A stretch of DNA of 64,000 nt from the human T2T-CHM13v2.0 reference genome, Homo sapiens, in assembly GCF_009914755.1 (NCBI RefSeq), contig NC_060928.1; one strand, 5' to 3'. A model generated the notes under the pieces. That model had not been told where the DNA came from, did not search any database, and saw nothing but the letters and a program-made list of their open reading frames with translations. Both the position numbers and the translations under genes were made by a program. This document shows positions 18,781 through 32,199 of the stretch, piece after piece. How positions within the stretch are numbered: position 1 is the stretch's first letter; each line of letters starts with the position of its first letter.

Positions 18781-18962
18781 TTGTCCTGGGGTGGGGGGAG
18801 GGGGGAGGGATGGCATAAGAGAATTACCTATTGTAAATGACGAGTTAATGGGTGCAGCACACCAACATGGCACATGAATACATATGTAACTAACTTGCTC
18901 ATTGTCCACATGTACCTTAGAACTTAAAGCATAATTTAAAAAAAAAAAAGAGAAGAAAAAAA
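18781..18962 (+). mobile_element. Short L1PA 3'UTR fragment with G-rich tract and A-tail
   Basis: 'ggggtgggggggaggggggagggatggcat...gtaaatgacgagttaatgggtgcagcacaccaacatggcacatg'. Confidence 0.9.
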
Positions 18963-19530
18963 GTCTATAGCCATTGGCTTTTCTTTGAGTGCTGATTGTA
19001 GTGTCAGGCTATACCATTGTCTTGTTTGTGATTCTGTTGAGCTCACGTCAGTAACTTGTTGAGTCGTGTGGTGTAAAATGAAAATACTTCTAGTGGTCTC
19101 TGACAGGAGTCATGGTGGGGCATTTACCCAGACAGAAATTTTTATGTCTGTCACGTGCCTACTGCATCTAAATAAATAAACATAAAAAGTTAAGAATAAA
19201 CAGTTTACCAAAATTATGGAACAGCTATAAGTAGGAAGTCTGGGTCTTAAATACCTGGTGTCTCCAAAGCCAACACTCTTGCATAAACTTTAAATATTTC
19301 TGTTAATCTTAAAATGTTTGCATCATTACAAAATATCAATACTAGCTATTGGGTCATTTTTACTACTTATAAATTCAAAAAATCTTTATTAGGTATCAGA
19401 TTTTTGTTATTTATCGTCTTAGTATAAACTAAATTCTATTTTGTGTCTCGAAAAGCAATATTTTGTTTTAAAATGTATTATTTGTAGTTGAATTCTATTG
19501 ACTTGTTGTTTTTGTTTTAACCTTTCTCAG

Positions 19531-19571
19531 GCTGCAAAGTTGGCTTTCACAGTGCAAGCCTTTGATTCCCA
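19531..19571 (+). other. CCSER1: CCSER1 5'UTR part of the first coding exon (exon 19531-20895)
   Basis: Polypyrimidine tract and acceptor 'cctttctcag|gctg' at 19530/19531; in-frame TGA at 19563-19565 upstream of the ATG. Confidence 0.85.
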
Positions 19572-20895
19572 ATGGGGGACTCAGGATCAAGACGATCTAC
19601 CCTGGTCTCCCGGTTGCCAATATTCAGAAGAAGTATTAACAGAAGACATGATTCTCTTCCTTCTTCACCTTCTTCCAGTAATACAGTTGGTGTCCACAGT
19701 TCCTCTCCTTCCAGCACTAACTCAAGCTCAGGTAGCACAGGTAAACGGAGGAGCATATTCCGTACTCCTTCCATTAGCTTCCACCATAAGAAGGGGAGTG
19801 AGCCTAAGCAAGAGCCTACCAACCAGAACCTTAGTATTTCAAATGGTGCTCAACCTGGTCACAGCAATATGCAGAAACTGAGTTTGGAAGAACATATTAA
19901 GACCAGGGGAAGACATTCTGTTGGTTTTAGTAGTTCACGAAATAAGAAGATAACAAGATCTTTGACAGAGGATTTTGAAAGGGAAAAAGAGCACTCAACT
20001 AACAAGAATGTCTTTATAAATTGTCTAAGTTCTGGCAAAAGTGAAGGGGATGATTCTGGTTTCACAGAAGACCAAACTCGTCGTTCTGTTAAGCAGTCAA
20101 CAAGGAAGCTACTCCCTAAATCTTTTTCATCTCACTATAAATTTTCTAAGCCAGTTCTACAGAGCCAATCCATTTCATTGGTACAACAGTCTGAATTCTC
20201 ATTGGAAGTTACACAGTACCAAGAGAGAGAACCTGTATTAGTAAGAGCTTCGCCATCCTGTTCTGTGGATGTAACAGAACGGGCAGGAAGCTCTTTACAA
20301 TCTCCTTTGCTTTCTGCTGATCTTACCACAGCTCAGACACCTTCAGAATTTTTAGCCTTGACTGAAGATTCTGTGTCTGAAATGGATGCATTTTCTAAAA
20401 GTGGAAGCATGGCATCCCACTGTGACAACTTTGGCCACAATGATTCTACCTCTCAGATGTCCCTCAATTCTGCTGCTGTTACAAAGACAACAACAGAACT
20501 TACGGGAACTGTTCCCTGTGCAATTATGTCTCCTGGGAAATATAGGTTAGAGGGTCAATGTAGCACTGAATCTAATTCATTACCGGAAACCTCTGCTGCT
20601 AATCAGAAGGAAGTGTTATTACAAATTGCTGAACTACCTGCTACAAGTGTGAGCCACTCAGAGAGTAACCTACCAGCAGATAGTGAAAGAGAAGAAAATA
20701 TAGGGTTACAAAATAGTGAAACAATGCTGGGGACAAACTCCCCAAGGAAACTTGGATTTTATGAGCAACATAAAGCAATAGCGGAACATGTAAAAGGGAT
20801 CCATCCTATTTCAGATTCAAAGATAATACCTACTTCTGGTGATCATCATATTTTTAACAAAACATCACATGGATATGAAGCAAATCCTGCCAAAG
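19572..20895 (+). CDS. CCSER1: Serine-rich coiled-coil domain-containing protein 1, first coding exon (codons 1-441 + 1 nt)
   Basis: ORF MGDSGSRRSTLVSRLPIFRRSINRRHDSLPSSPSSS... recognised as CCSER1/FAM190A; donor 'caaag|gtatgc' at 20895/20896. Confidence 0.95.
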
Positions 20896-21689
20896 GTATG
20901 CTGATTTTTTTTGTATAACAAATGATATGAATTAATTTTCATTATACTTTATTCAGTTTTCTTATTCCATCTCATGAATGGAAACCACATTTTTCTTGTT
21001 TTTCACTTTCGAAATGGTTTCCTATTCATAATTTGTGTTAAATGTTTCCCCTGCTTGATTTTAAACTTACATCAATTGTGTTATGCTGAAAATGTAATTC
21101 AGCAATATTACTCATTTTTTCTCACTTATGTTATCCATAACTAAGAAGCAGCCTCTTAGTTACGGTGTTTATTGGAGCACCTTCAGAAGAAAGTGAATGG
21201 AAAGTAATTGTTTGCAATGTGGATTTCTCCAAAGTAAGGACTGTCTTTTATAGAGTTTATTATAGAGGCATTGGTATTTCTTATTTAATGAAATGGATAT
21301 ATTCCAGCTAAAATCACTATAAAATTTGTATAATTTAATACGAATTTTATAATTTCCTTTGTTAACTAAGCTTTCATTATTAATTAGGATCCATGTTTCA
21401 ACATAAATAATTCCTATCTCTAGATACAATAACAGAATTGTAAGCTTAAAAAAACCTATCTTTGGAAGCTGGAGACAGGTTTCAACTCTGCCTCTGACAT
21501 TAACTAACTGTGCAACTTTGGACACCTTCCCTTTAGTTTAAAAAAAGTGTTAGTATATGTCCATTACTGTAATATGGCTACAGAAAACTTTGTTTTTTTA
21601 ACATGAAATTCAGTTCAAGAAAATTTTTGAATATATACCACCTGCTGGGCTATCTTTGACATATTTTAATTCCTTTTTCTCTACTATCA

Positions 21690-22040
21690 TTAATGCTACT
21701 ACTGCTACTAATAATTTTCCCAAATTTGGAAGTGATTATTATGTCCTAGATATTATTCTGTATACTTTATATACATTAATTAAAATGATTGAAATTGCTA
21801 CTATTATTATAAGCTATTTTGCAGGCAAGAAGATGGGAGCAAAGATAAACTGTGTGTCCACAATCACAAAACTAATAATTCATTTATTGGGATATAAATC
21901 CTATGAGGTAGGCTCCTATGTTTCCCATTTTACAAATGTGAAAACAGGCTAAAGAATCATACAGCTGGTAAGTAGTGCAGTCAGATTACAACTCTCTGAA
22001 TCCAAAGCTCTGGCTCTCCATAACTATGCTTTACTACATG
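21690..22040. mobile_element. MIR fragments
   Basis: 'cctatgaggtagg...cccattttacaaatgtgaaaacaggct' MIR core. Confidence 0.6.
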
Positions 22041-23114
22041 TCATGACTTAAAATATTAAATAAAATTTATGTGACATAATGTCACGAGTAATAGGATTAT
22101 AAAGTTTATCCATAAACATAGAATTTCAAAGTTTTAAATGCATGAGTTAATTTTCCAGCTGTCTTAATACTTTTCTCATTTGATACAAGATCACTTTTAT
22201 GCACGTGACCATGTTTGTCCATTTTTGGAACTTTGTATTCTTTAGTCATATATGCCTAGCTCCTTTACCTGTAATATAATCATGAGAATATGATAATGAT
22301 GATGATATTAATGATGGTTACCCTTTTGTATAATTAATATATGCCCAAAAATGTACTAAGAAGATTGCATGCACTGTTTCATATAGTCCTTATAAAAATT
22401 TTGCATGTCATGTTAATAACTAAAATTTATAATAAGTTAAATAACTTTATAGGGTCACATAGTTAGCAAATGATGGACTTGATATTGAAATCCAGGAAGT
22501 TTTAAAATTATATAAAAAAGAGATAGAAATGCAATTATCCTGACATATCTAATTCTTATTTAGTAATGATGACTTTCCTCAAAGCCTAATTGAATACTGC
22601 ATATTTTTCTCTCTCTGGAAATTAGAGAATGATCAGTTATCTTGGAGACTATTACTATGTTGATTGGGATCCTATTTGTAACACAATAACATTAATTTTG
22701 CTGATTTGATAATGTGTTGGCTGTTCTTGGATAAATAAGCTGGTAATGTCAACAAACTAAACTATCCTTTAGTTTTTGAAAATATTCATGTGCTATTTAT
22801 AAGGATTTTATAATTTTGAAGTTTAAAATTTTAAAAACAGCTAAGTAAATGTATTTTATCCAATAAAGAGTTGCTATAGACACTAACTTTCATAATGCTA
22901 AATTTAGTTTGTATTTTGTATGAAATATTTAAGCCAGTACTTTATACACATCTAAGTGTTCTAGGTGTACAATCATGTCAGAACTAATGAGTTATCTGGC
23001 AATTTAACTTTTATTCATTGTCTTAAAAAGTTATTTAAAAAGAACTGCTATATATTGGACTAATAGATTCTGGACAGTCTTTAAACTAGTAGATGAGCCT
23101 AATTAGAACAATTT

Positions 23115-23980
23115 TTTCATTTACTCATTCATTCATTCAGCAAATATTTATTGTTTTAACACTATGTTAGGCACTAGGGATGTAGCAATACACAAAACAG
23201 GCCTAGATCCCTGCCTTCCTGAGGCTTACTTTCCACTGGGGATACTCAGTTAACATGCTATATATATCAGATGGTGATAACTGCTGAGGGTAAGTTTAAA
23301 GCAGAATAAAGGCTTAGGAAGCAGAAGTGGGATTCCAGTTTGCATTTTTAAATGTAACAGGATGATACCCAAGGTAACATATTGGTAAAGGTTTGAAGGA
23401 ACTTAAATAATAAGTCATACAGATATTTGAGAGAAATATATTAGTGCAAGGTTGTGAGTCAAAGGCTGTGTAGGGCTGGAGCATGCCAGTGATGTACCAG
23501 AGCAGCAAGAGTCCAGTGTGGCATGGGCAGAGTGATGGAGGGGAGAGCAGGACATGAGATTGCAGAGGTGAGCAGGTGAACAGGGTGCTCCTCCTGTCCC
23601 TGGTTTGGGGACAGAGAGAGCAGTCATATGGGTCATATTATGAAGAATTTGTTATGCCATTTGAAAAACATCACCTTTTGGCTAGAGGAGTGGTGGTGAT
23701 GGCCCTCACTTATGTTTTAAGTATATGATTCTGGCTACTATGTGGAATGTAGATTGTGTTGCGGGTGGAGAGGCAGATGAGAGTAGGCAGAGGTAGGAGA
23801 ATTGTAGCAAATATTGCAGTAACCAAGCCAGCATAGATTTGGTCCAGGGTCTTAGAAGGAGAGGTAGAAGGAATCAGATTCTGTATACAGTTTGAAGGAA
23901 ATAAGGACAGGATTCATTTATGTGATTAATGTGAGCAACGAAGCAACAAAGGATGACTCCAAACGTTTTGGGCTTCAAAG
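23115..23980 (-). mobile_element. L2 LINE fragment
   Basis: 'cattcattcattcagcaaatatttattg...atgttaggcact...ccctgccttcctgaggcttac' is the antisense L2 3' end. Confidence 0.7.
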
Positions 23981-24147
23981 AGATTACATGATTAAGTGAA
24001 CTAAACTGATGCTATACATTTAAAAGTTTTCTTGTGATAGAGAAACTTTGAATAACACTAAGAGTTTTTCATGATCTTTCAGTGGGACATTTGTAAAAAC
24101 TACATTTAAATATTTACCTTCATTTTTATTTATTTTCCTTTCCATAG

Positions 24148-24332
24148 TTCTTGCCAGTAGTCTCAGTCCATTTCGTGAAGGAAGATTTATAGAGAGGAGA
24201 CTGCGATCCTCGTCAGAAGGCACTGCAGGGAGTAGCAGAATGATTTTGAAACCGAAAGATGGAAATATAGAAGAAGTTAATAGTTTAAGAAAGCAAAGAG
24301 CAGGTTCTTCATCTTCAAAAATGAACAGTTTG
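24148..24332 (+). CDS. CCSER1: CCSER1 second coding exon (185 nt; ends at codon 503, phase 0)
   Basis: Acceptor 'ttttcctttccatag|ttc' and donor 'ttg|gtaagt'; continues the frame as (V)LASSLSPFREGRFIERRLRSSSEGTAGSSRMILKPKDGNIEEVNSLRKQRAGSSSSKMNSL with no stop. Confidence 0.93.
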
Positions 24333-25833
24333 GTAAGTATATACATATGTCTGCCTCTAATAAAATAATGCTGTCTATATCCGGCATGTTCATGTCTCTT
24401 GCAAAATGAACACAGACTACAGGATAGACACCTCATATTTGAAGGGAAAATTTGTTTCCATAGTTGACATTACAAGTCAGAGAAACAAATTTTTCACCTA
24501 GGTCAGGATGGAGTTCACCATGACAGCTGTCTTTAGTTCCTGTCTTCCTTGCTTCCATGGAAAGTTTGACATTCTTTATTCTAGAACAAGACACTTGAAT
24601 ACAGAAACTAGGGAAAATGCTGAACATGAGGATCCCCTTTGACACCATTATTTCACATCTTCTCTCCACCATATAGCCCTCCAGAAAATACCCTTTTGTA
24701 AATCACACTTACTCCAGTACCACTCTTAGTCCCTGTAGACCCTATCCTCGCTGTCCTCCTGCAGTGCCCTTCCACAAAGGGTGAGGAGTTGGTGTGAAGC
24801 TTATGAGGACCAATGTGAAATGCCCATCCAATGCTTGCATACATTGGAGGTAATCAAGATACCCTATTCCTGGTCCAAATTGTAGAGCCTGCTTTTAGTA
24901 TGAGGGTGGAGGTGGGGTGTGTGGGGAGAGGCATGGTCTGAGTTTGTATGTGTGAACTAGGGTGTCACAGAGGCATTAGTATGAAGCTCCCTCATGGTAT
25001 GAGATGGACCCAGGGGTGGGAAGAGATGAGGGGCGAACTGCAGCCTTGGGTCCATGTGGCCTCAGGTTTCACAAGTATTAGAGTGTGATTGCCTTTTGGA
25101 GATCACTTTGCTCACCTTCTCACAAATGTGTCCTTTTTCAGCAGTGTATTTAACATCTATTATCTAAAAATGTTCCTTAAAATAATCTTTCTACCTACCT
25201 ATCCATGCATATATGTGAAAAATGCTCAAAAATAAATCACTTATGATATCTCTATTGTTTTACATAATTGGGTTTCAAATGAAAATATTAGGTAATTGAG
25301 ATCTGATAATTATTTTGTGAAGAAGCCTTAAGTTAGTAAGGTAACATTGTGTGATAGCAAAATCACTGTGCTTGATGTTAGAGGTTTTAATCGTTTTTTT
25401 CTGGTGTGACCATTTCTTAATCCTGGGCAAATTTGTAACCACAAAATAGCAAGTGATAATAGGTGTCTTGTTTCCATTATACTAAAGAATGACTATGTGA
25501 GTATGTGTTTACATTTGTACATATGGAAACATATATTTCATGCTTCGTTTTGTTCTTTTGTGCATTGGCTATTATATTATTATTGTTGCAGTGGATATTT
25601 TTGGTCTAAGTATGAAAATATGTTAAAGCGGATTTCCAATTGATGCACCATTAAAAGTTAGGACTAATGAAGTATTACAAAACATTTATCATCACAACAT
25701 TTTCAGTATTTCTTCATGGAGAGGCATTTATATTAATAGGGTTACACTATTCAACTTGCTCAAAGTTGTGCCTTTTACATATTCTCTCATATCTCATGTG
25801 TTTTTCATACTGCATTTAATTTAAATAATTCTA

Positions 25834-26072
25834 GTTTGAGACAAGCCTAGGCAAAATATTGAGAACTCATCTCTAAAAAAAAATTTAATAATTAGCTAGA
25901 AGTGGTTGCACCTGTAGTTCCAGCTACTCAGGAGGCTGATGTGGGAGGATCACTTGGGTCCAGGAGTTGGAGGCTGCAGTGAGTTATTGCACCACTGCAC
26001 TTCGGCCTGGGCAACAGAGCAAGACCTGGTCTCGATAAGATAAATAAAAAATAAATAAATAAATAAATAAAA
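25834..26072 (+). mobile_element. 5'-truncated AluJ with (TAAA)n tail
   Basis: End of left arm plus right arm 'ggaggatcacttgggtccaggagttggaggctgcagtgag'. Confidence 0.88.
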
Positions 26073-26116
26073 TGTAAAAAGTGCTTCTTATAATATCACA
26101 AAGTCACTCTTCTCAG

Positions 26117-26434
<318 letters not shown>

Positions 26435-26538
26435 CTCCGATCCGCTTTTAAGATTTAAAACTTAAGAAACAAAAGTGGTTTTGTTCCTTTGAGGCCTTAT
26501 ATTTAAATTTTCAAAAGTGTGCCTGTAGTATTATAGTC

Positions 26539-26557
26539 TGTCCACTAGATGGCAGAA
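26539..26557 (+). promoter_or_regulatory. Candidate CTCF binding site
   Basis: TGTCCACTAGATGGCAGAA matches the CTCF core CCACYAGRKGGCRS. Confidence 0.65.
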
Positions 26558-26779
26558 AGACACCACTGCCGTGGTGGTGGACAGTATATCAGGGTTGGAA
26601 CAGAAACTTGGTAAAATATTGTACATGTTCATTGGATTTACAGATGAAACTTACTGAAATAAATACTGAAACTTTTGAATTTCCTAAAGAGAACTACCAA
26701 AAACTACTTCACGATCTTACCATCTTCCTTTGGATTTTACAAGTTATGTCTCATCTTTCAGTTACTTTACAGTTTATTC

Positions 26780-27087
26780 ATTTTTTATTTTAATTTTTAA
26801 TTTTTTTAAGGCAGAGTCTCACTCTGTCACCCAGGCTGGAGTGCAGTGGTGCAGTCTCGGCTCTCTGCAACCTCCCCTCCCCGGTTCAAGTGATTCTTGT
26901 GCCTCAGCCTCCCGAGTAGCTGGGACCACAAGTGTGTGCCACCATGCCTGCCTAATTTTTGTATTTTTAGTAGAGATGTGGTTTCACCATGTTGGCCTGA
27001 TTGGTCTTGAACACCTGACCTCAGGTGATCCACTCACATCACCTCCCAAAGTGCTGGGATTACAGGTGTGAGTCACCGCACCTGAGC
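26780..27087 (-). mobile_element. AluS
   Basis: Antisense Alu dimer; degenerate TSD agttactttaca / agttacttcaca. Confidence 0.93.
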
Positions 27088-27369
27088 AGTTACTTCACAC
27101 TTAATTAATTAATTTAAAATGCATGAAATATGTTTTTTAACTTGTAGCACTGTAAGGAAGAAATGGTAGGGATTATTTAGTTCTAGATACATGTGAAACA
27201 AGTGATGTATATTTGGAAAATTGTAGCTGTCTCTGTGAACACTGGCACATTTTCTATATTCCTCTTCCAAAATAATTTAAGCAACTGCATGTATTTAAGA
27301 ATGTATCCATGGTTCAGTTATTTTATTTTAAAGCAATTATAATAGAAACATGTGTTTTTAATGCTTGTT

Positions 27370-27580
27370 TGAACCAAGTGACTACTTTTAATGCCTGACA
27401 TGTATTATCACATTCAGTCCTCACAACAGTACTATCAACTAAATGATTCTGTGGTGATCAAATTTTGCGAAAGAGGAAAATAAGGTACTGAGAAGATAAG
27501 CAGGTTGCCTAAAATGACATAGCTCATAAATGGCAGAGATAAGATTTGGATTTGGATCCTTTCTAAGTTCAAATCCTACA
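27370..27580. mobile_element. MIR
   Basis: 'cctcacaacagt...agaggaaaataaggtactgagaag...ttgcctaaaatgacatagct...ggcagagataagatttgg'. Confidence 0.6.
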
Positions 27581-28615
27581 ATCTTTTGGGAAAATGTATT
27601 CGATTTAAAATTAAGTTGAGCCATTTTTCAATTGTTTGCATCAATTTGGTGTAATGAAATTAAAACATTTAAAGCAATCTAACCTTGCTTGCTCTAAGTC
27701 TAGGCTGCAGCATTCTGTAAGAGATACAAAAGAGGAAAACAGAAACAAAATTTAGTGCTTAATCTGAACTTAAAATGCGGTCATGTTTCTTGAAATGCTG
27801 ATGAATAGTATCAATGTCCTTACTGAGAGATATCCCATCAAAAAGGAACTTTGTCACAAAAGAGGATATTCATACTTAGCAGTTTTGTAATACTTCTTTA
27901 CTCCTAACTTTTAATGTTAGCATTAATGCAGCCCTTCATGTAGTTCATGGGGATTTCAATTCTCATAATAAAATATGGCTCTATTTATTAAGATGCTGAG
28001 CATTTCCTGAAAGACCGAAGATATTACCTGATGGATTAGATATAGTTAGATATACCACAGTTCTGTTGTTTTTGTGTACTTCTGGGGTATTTCAATCTGG
28101 AAGCGAAAGGACAGGATGTATGAACTCTTCAAACATCAAATGCCGAGAACAAATTGGGATTGGCTTAGGTTTATTAAAGGAATCCAAAGTAAATTTGGAA
28201 CAATTTGATAAGTGTTCACATTTATTATATTTTTTCAAACCTCTTTATAGTATTTTTCCAATTTTTCTCTAATGAGTAGCTTTCTGAATACATTTCTTGC
28301 GATTGTCCAAAAAATTTAAAATGCTTTTCTAGAAAAAAGTTAAAGAACATATTTCTTTAAAGAACTTACTTCAGGAAGTTTCTCTCCAGACTATGGTATA
28401 TAAATGTATACATGTAAGGATTTCTCATGGGTTCTCCAATGGCTTTACATAGGGAATTCTAACTCTAAATATTTACAAGATTACTCTCTAAAAAAGTTAA
28501 TGTGAGAGTAGATTCATATATAATGAACAATACAGAAGACCTGGTACCGTTAAAGGAAGGAAAAATGCCTAAGTGGATGAGTCAGGATAAACTTGGCTAA
28601 GTGATAAAAAATACC

Positions 28616-29290
<675 letters not shown>

Positions 29291-30653
29291 ATTCCCAAAT
29301 ATTTTGTTGTATCCAAGTTCTTTTAATTAATCGAGATTTACTGCCTGCCTCCTCTTTCCCTTTTGTCCAGAGTCATTTAATGGGCCCTGACTTTGTGCTT
29401 CACACTGTCCTGGTCTTTGTGGTTGAAAAGATGAAAACATCTCTGTAACTGAAGAATTCATATATACTACAGGTTTTATTCTTTAGAATATTCTCTCTTC
29501 CTTACTTAAAGGCCTTGAGATGTGTATCTTAAGTGAACTAAGTTTACTTTTTTCCTTGACTCAAGGAATCTTTACTATTTTTGTAAGTATTTATTTTCAT
29601 TGCACCAAGCAGTTGGTTTTGAAGGTTGCATTATCTTCAGATTACTCAGCAAATGCATTTGCAAAGTTGCCCTGTACTATTTGTGCTAAGTGATTCAGAC
29701 AACTTTCATTTATGGCCAATTTTACTCTGACACAGCATGTTTTCTTTCATTTAGCATCCTGCTGCTTTTATGTGGAAACTGTGAATGACACAGTAAAAAC
29801 ATAACTGTAGGACTTTGGTAGAAGAACAAATCCGATTTATATTTGATTAATAAGAAGTAGTTAGTTGCAGATCGTTAGCATCTCATATCACATTTAATTT
29901 TTTGGTATGTTGAACTGCAGAATTTACTTATTATTGATAATAGTAGAATAATATGACTGTACCCTATTTGAGATAGCCAAACACTTTACTATTCATTTAC
30001 TTTTCTTCTGGGGCCTGCTGTTTTCTCATTTATTAGCTTATCCTTTATTCATTATAATTCTTCATTTCTTCATTCATTAAAACATTCACAGTTTCTTACA
30101 ATAAATATTTATTGACAATCTGCTCTGAAGAATCAAAGATGAAAGAGACAGTGCTTGAGGATTTTTGAGTTCCCAAAGGGAGAGATAAGGTTAAACATTA
30201 TCTTGCCAATACAACAGATTTAACCATTTTGACCATCTCTAAGTTCAGAATGGGTGGGGCATGCTTCATTTGGATTGTGAGCATCGAAATCCAAAGTTAA
30301 GAAGAGTTAAAATGGGCACATGAACTCCTGTTTCCCAGCTTTGTCTGTGCCTTATCTCACACACTCAATGACACTGTTAAATATATGCATAACTTTCTTG
30401 TGTCTTTTGTTCATTTCTCTAACTGAGACCCAGCTGCTAGTGCTGAGCAGGTTTGCTGAAAGAAAGTTGGGACAGTAAAGAAGAACGTACAAAATGAATC
30501 TCATGATTAATATTAAAACAAATCAGTCTCAAAACACCCCACTTGTACAATCCGCCAAGCAAAAGAATCCCACTGGGCTCATTTGGTATATACACCTTCA
30601 CACTTCTGTTTCACGGCATGAAAGTTGCTCAAGCTTGAAATTAAAAACAAGAC

Positions 30654-30943
<290 letters not shown>

Positions 30944-32199
30944 AGCAAAGATGATAATTAGAAGATCTGATTTTGAAAATTTCTTAATCTTGAAATCCGT
31001 AATGAGACTTTCCAGTATGTAAAAATGTTAATGGCTTTGGGGAGTTAAAATAACGATTGCAGTTTTTAGTGTAACTGACTGTTAATAGAATTAAAGCAAA
31101 TATTGCTTGGTTACAGGGACATCTAATAAAAATGGAAGCCATTAATATTTTTCAGGAAATGGAGCCATATGAATCATTCTCCTCAATTCTTATAAATTTT
31201 AAGGAAGAAAATCACAAGTATCACTCATTAAACATGAAATTACATTTGTTGATAACTGGCATACATTTTAGGTTAATAGCCCTAATCCTTTATGCTTTTA
31301 TTTGTTTTTCCAGTTACTAATCATATTTTCCTTTCAGTACCCTTCTAAATTGTATCATGGACATAACACTCACCACATAGTTATTTGAATGTGTCTCATT
31401 TTACCTGAAAGGTTTCAATCGTTTAAATGGAAGGAGCTGTGTATATACTGGCATTTCTTGCGGTCATTAATATAGCACCTGGTGGAAAAATAGGCATCTA
31501 ATAAATATGAATAAATTAAAGGTAAAATTTCTGGTTAAATAATGATACATGTTTATATAGATGTGAATTAAGGCTTCTAGTACAAGAATTGTGTGTGGAG
31601 TGCTTATGCACAGTTTTGACATTTTAACTTATTATTCAAATATACAGGTATTTCTTATGATGCATTGTCTGATAAAGCTCTGGCTTTTTTGACACTAAAT
31701 CCTTGATCAGGAAGGCCATACCAATTATGACATTGTTCCAGTGGAAGCACAATTTATTTTAGGATTATCAGCCTTATAGAATGGTTTCTAGGATTATATG
31801 AGTACGATAGTTATAAACTGGCCATACAATGAGGACAAGAAATAGTCAAATATTTGTGGTATTCATTAAGCCCATTAAAATATAATATCTTGGTCAAATA
31901 TGGGTAAGCGAAGATTTTTAAAATCCGCTGCTATTTTATCTAGTCCAGCTCACTTCGTTTCTTATAAGCTTATAGATTCAGAGTTGCCTTTAGAAGCAGG
32001 ATTGAATAAAAATATTCCATTCATTTTTGTCTTTCTGAACTTTGAGATGAGTCATTTTCATTTAGAAGCTGTCACAATTTGTACGTTTGTTGGGCAAAAT
32101 TAGTAATAGTTTATTCATACACTTAACTCACTTCTTAAATGATTTAAAGATCGGTTTGAGTAATACTTAGCACCTACATTGTTACCTCTGTGATAACAT

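Noticed and set aside
19531-20895. Rolling-circle (endless) translation of a single-exon circle, since 1365 nt is divisible by 3
   Set aside because: An in-frame TGA at 19563-19565 ends the frame 11 codons after the junction (GCKVGFHSASL*)
20896-20918. C-terminal GMLIFFV of the 448-aa ORF
   Set aside because: It is read-through past the canonical donor AAG|GTATGC; the frame continues in the exon at 24148
24020-24436. 138-aa minus-strand ORF
   Set aside because: Antisense shadow of the CCSER1 coding exon; no recognisable protein features
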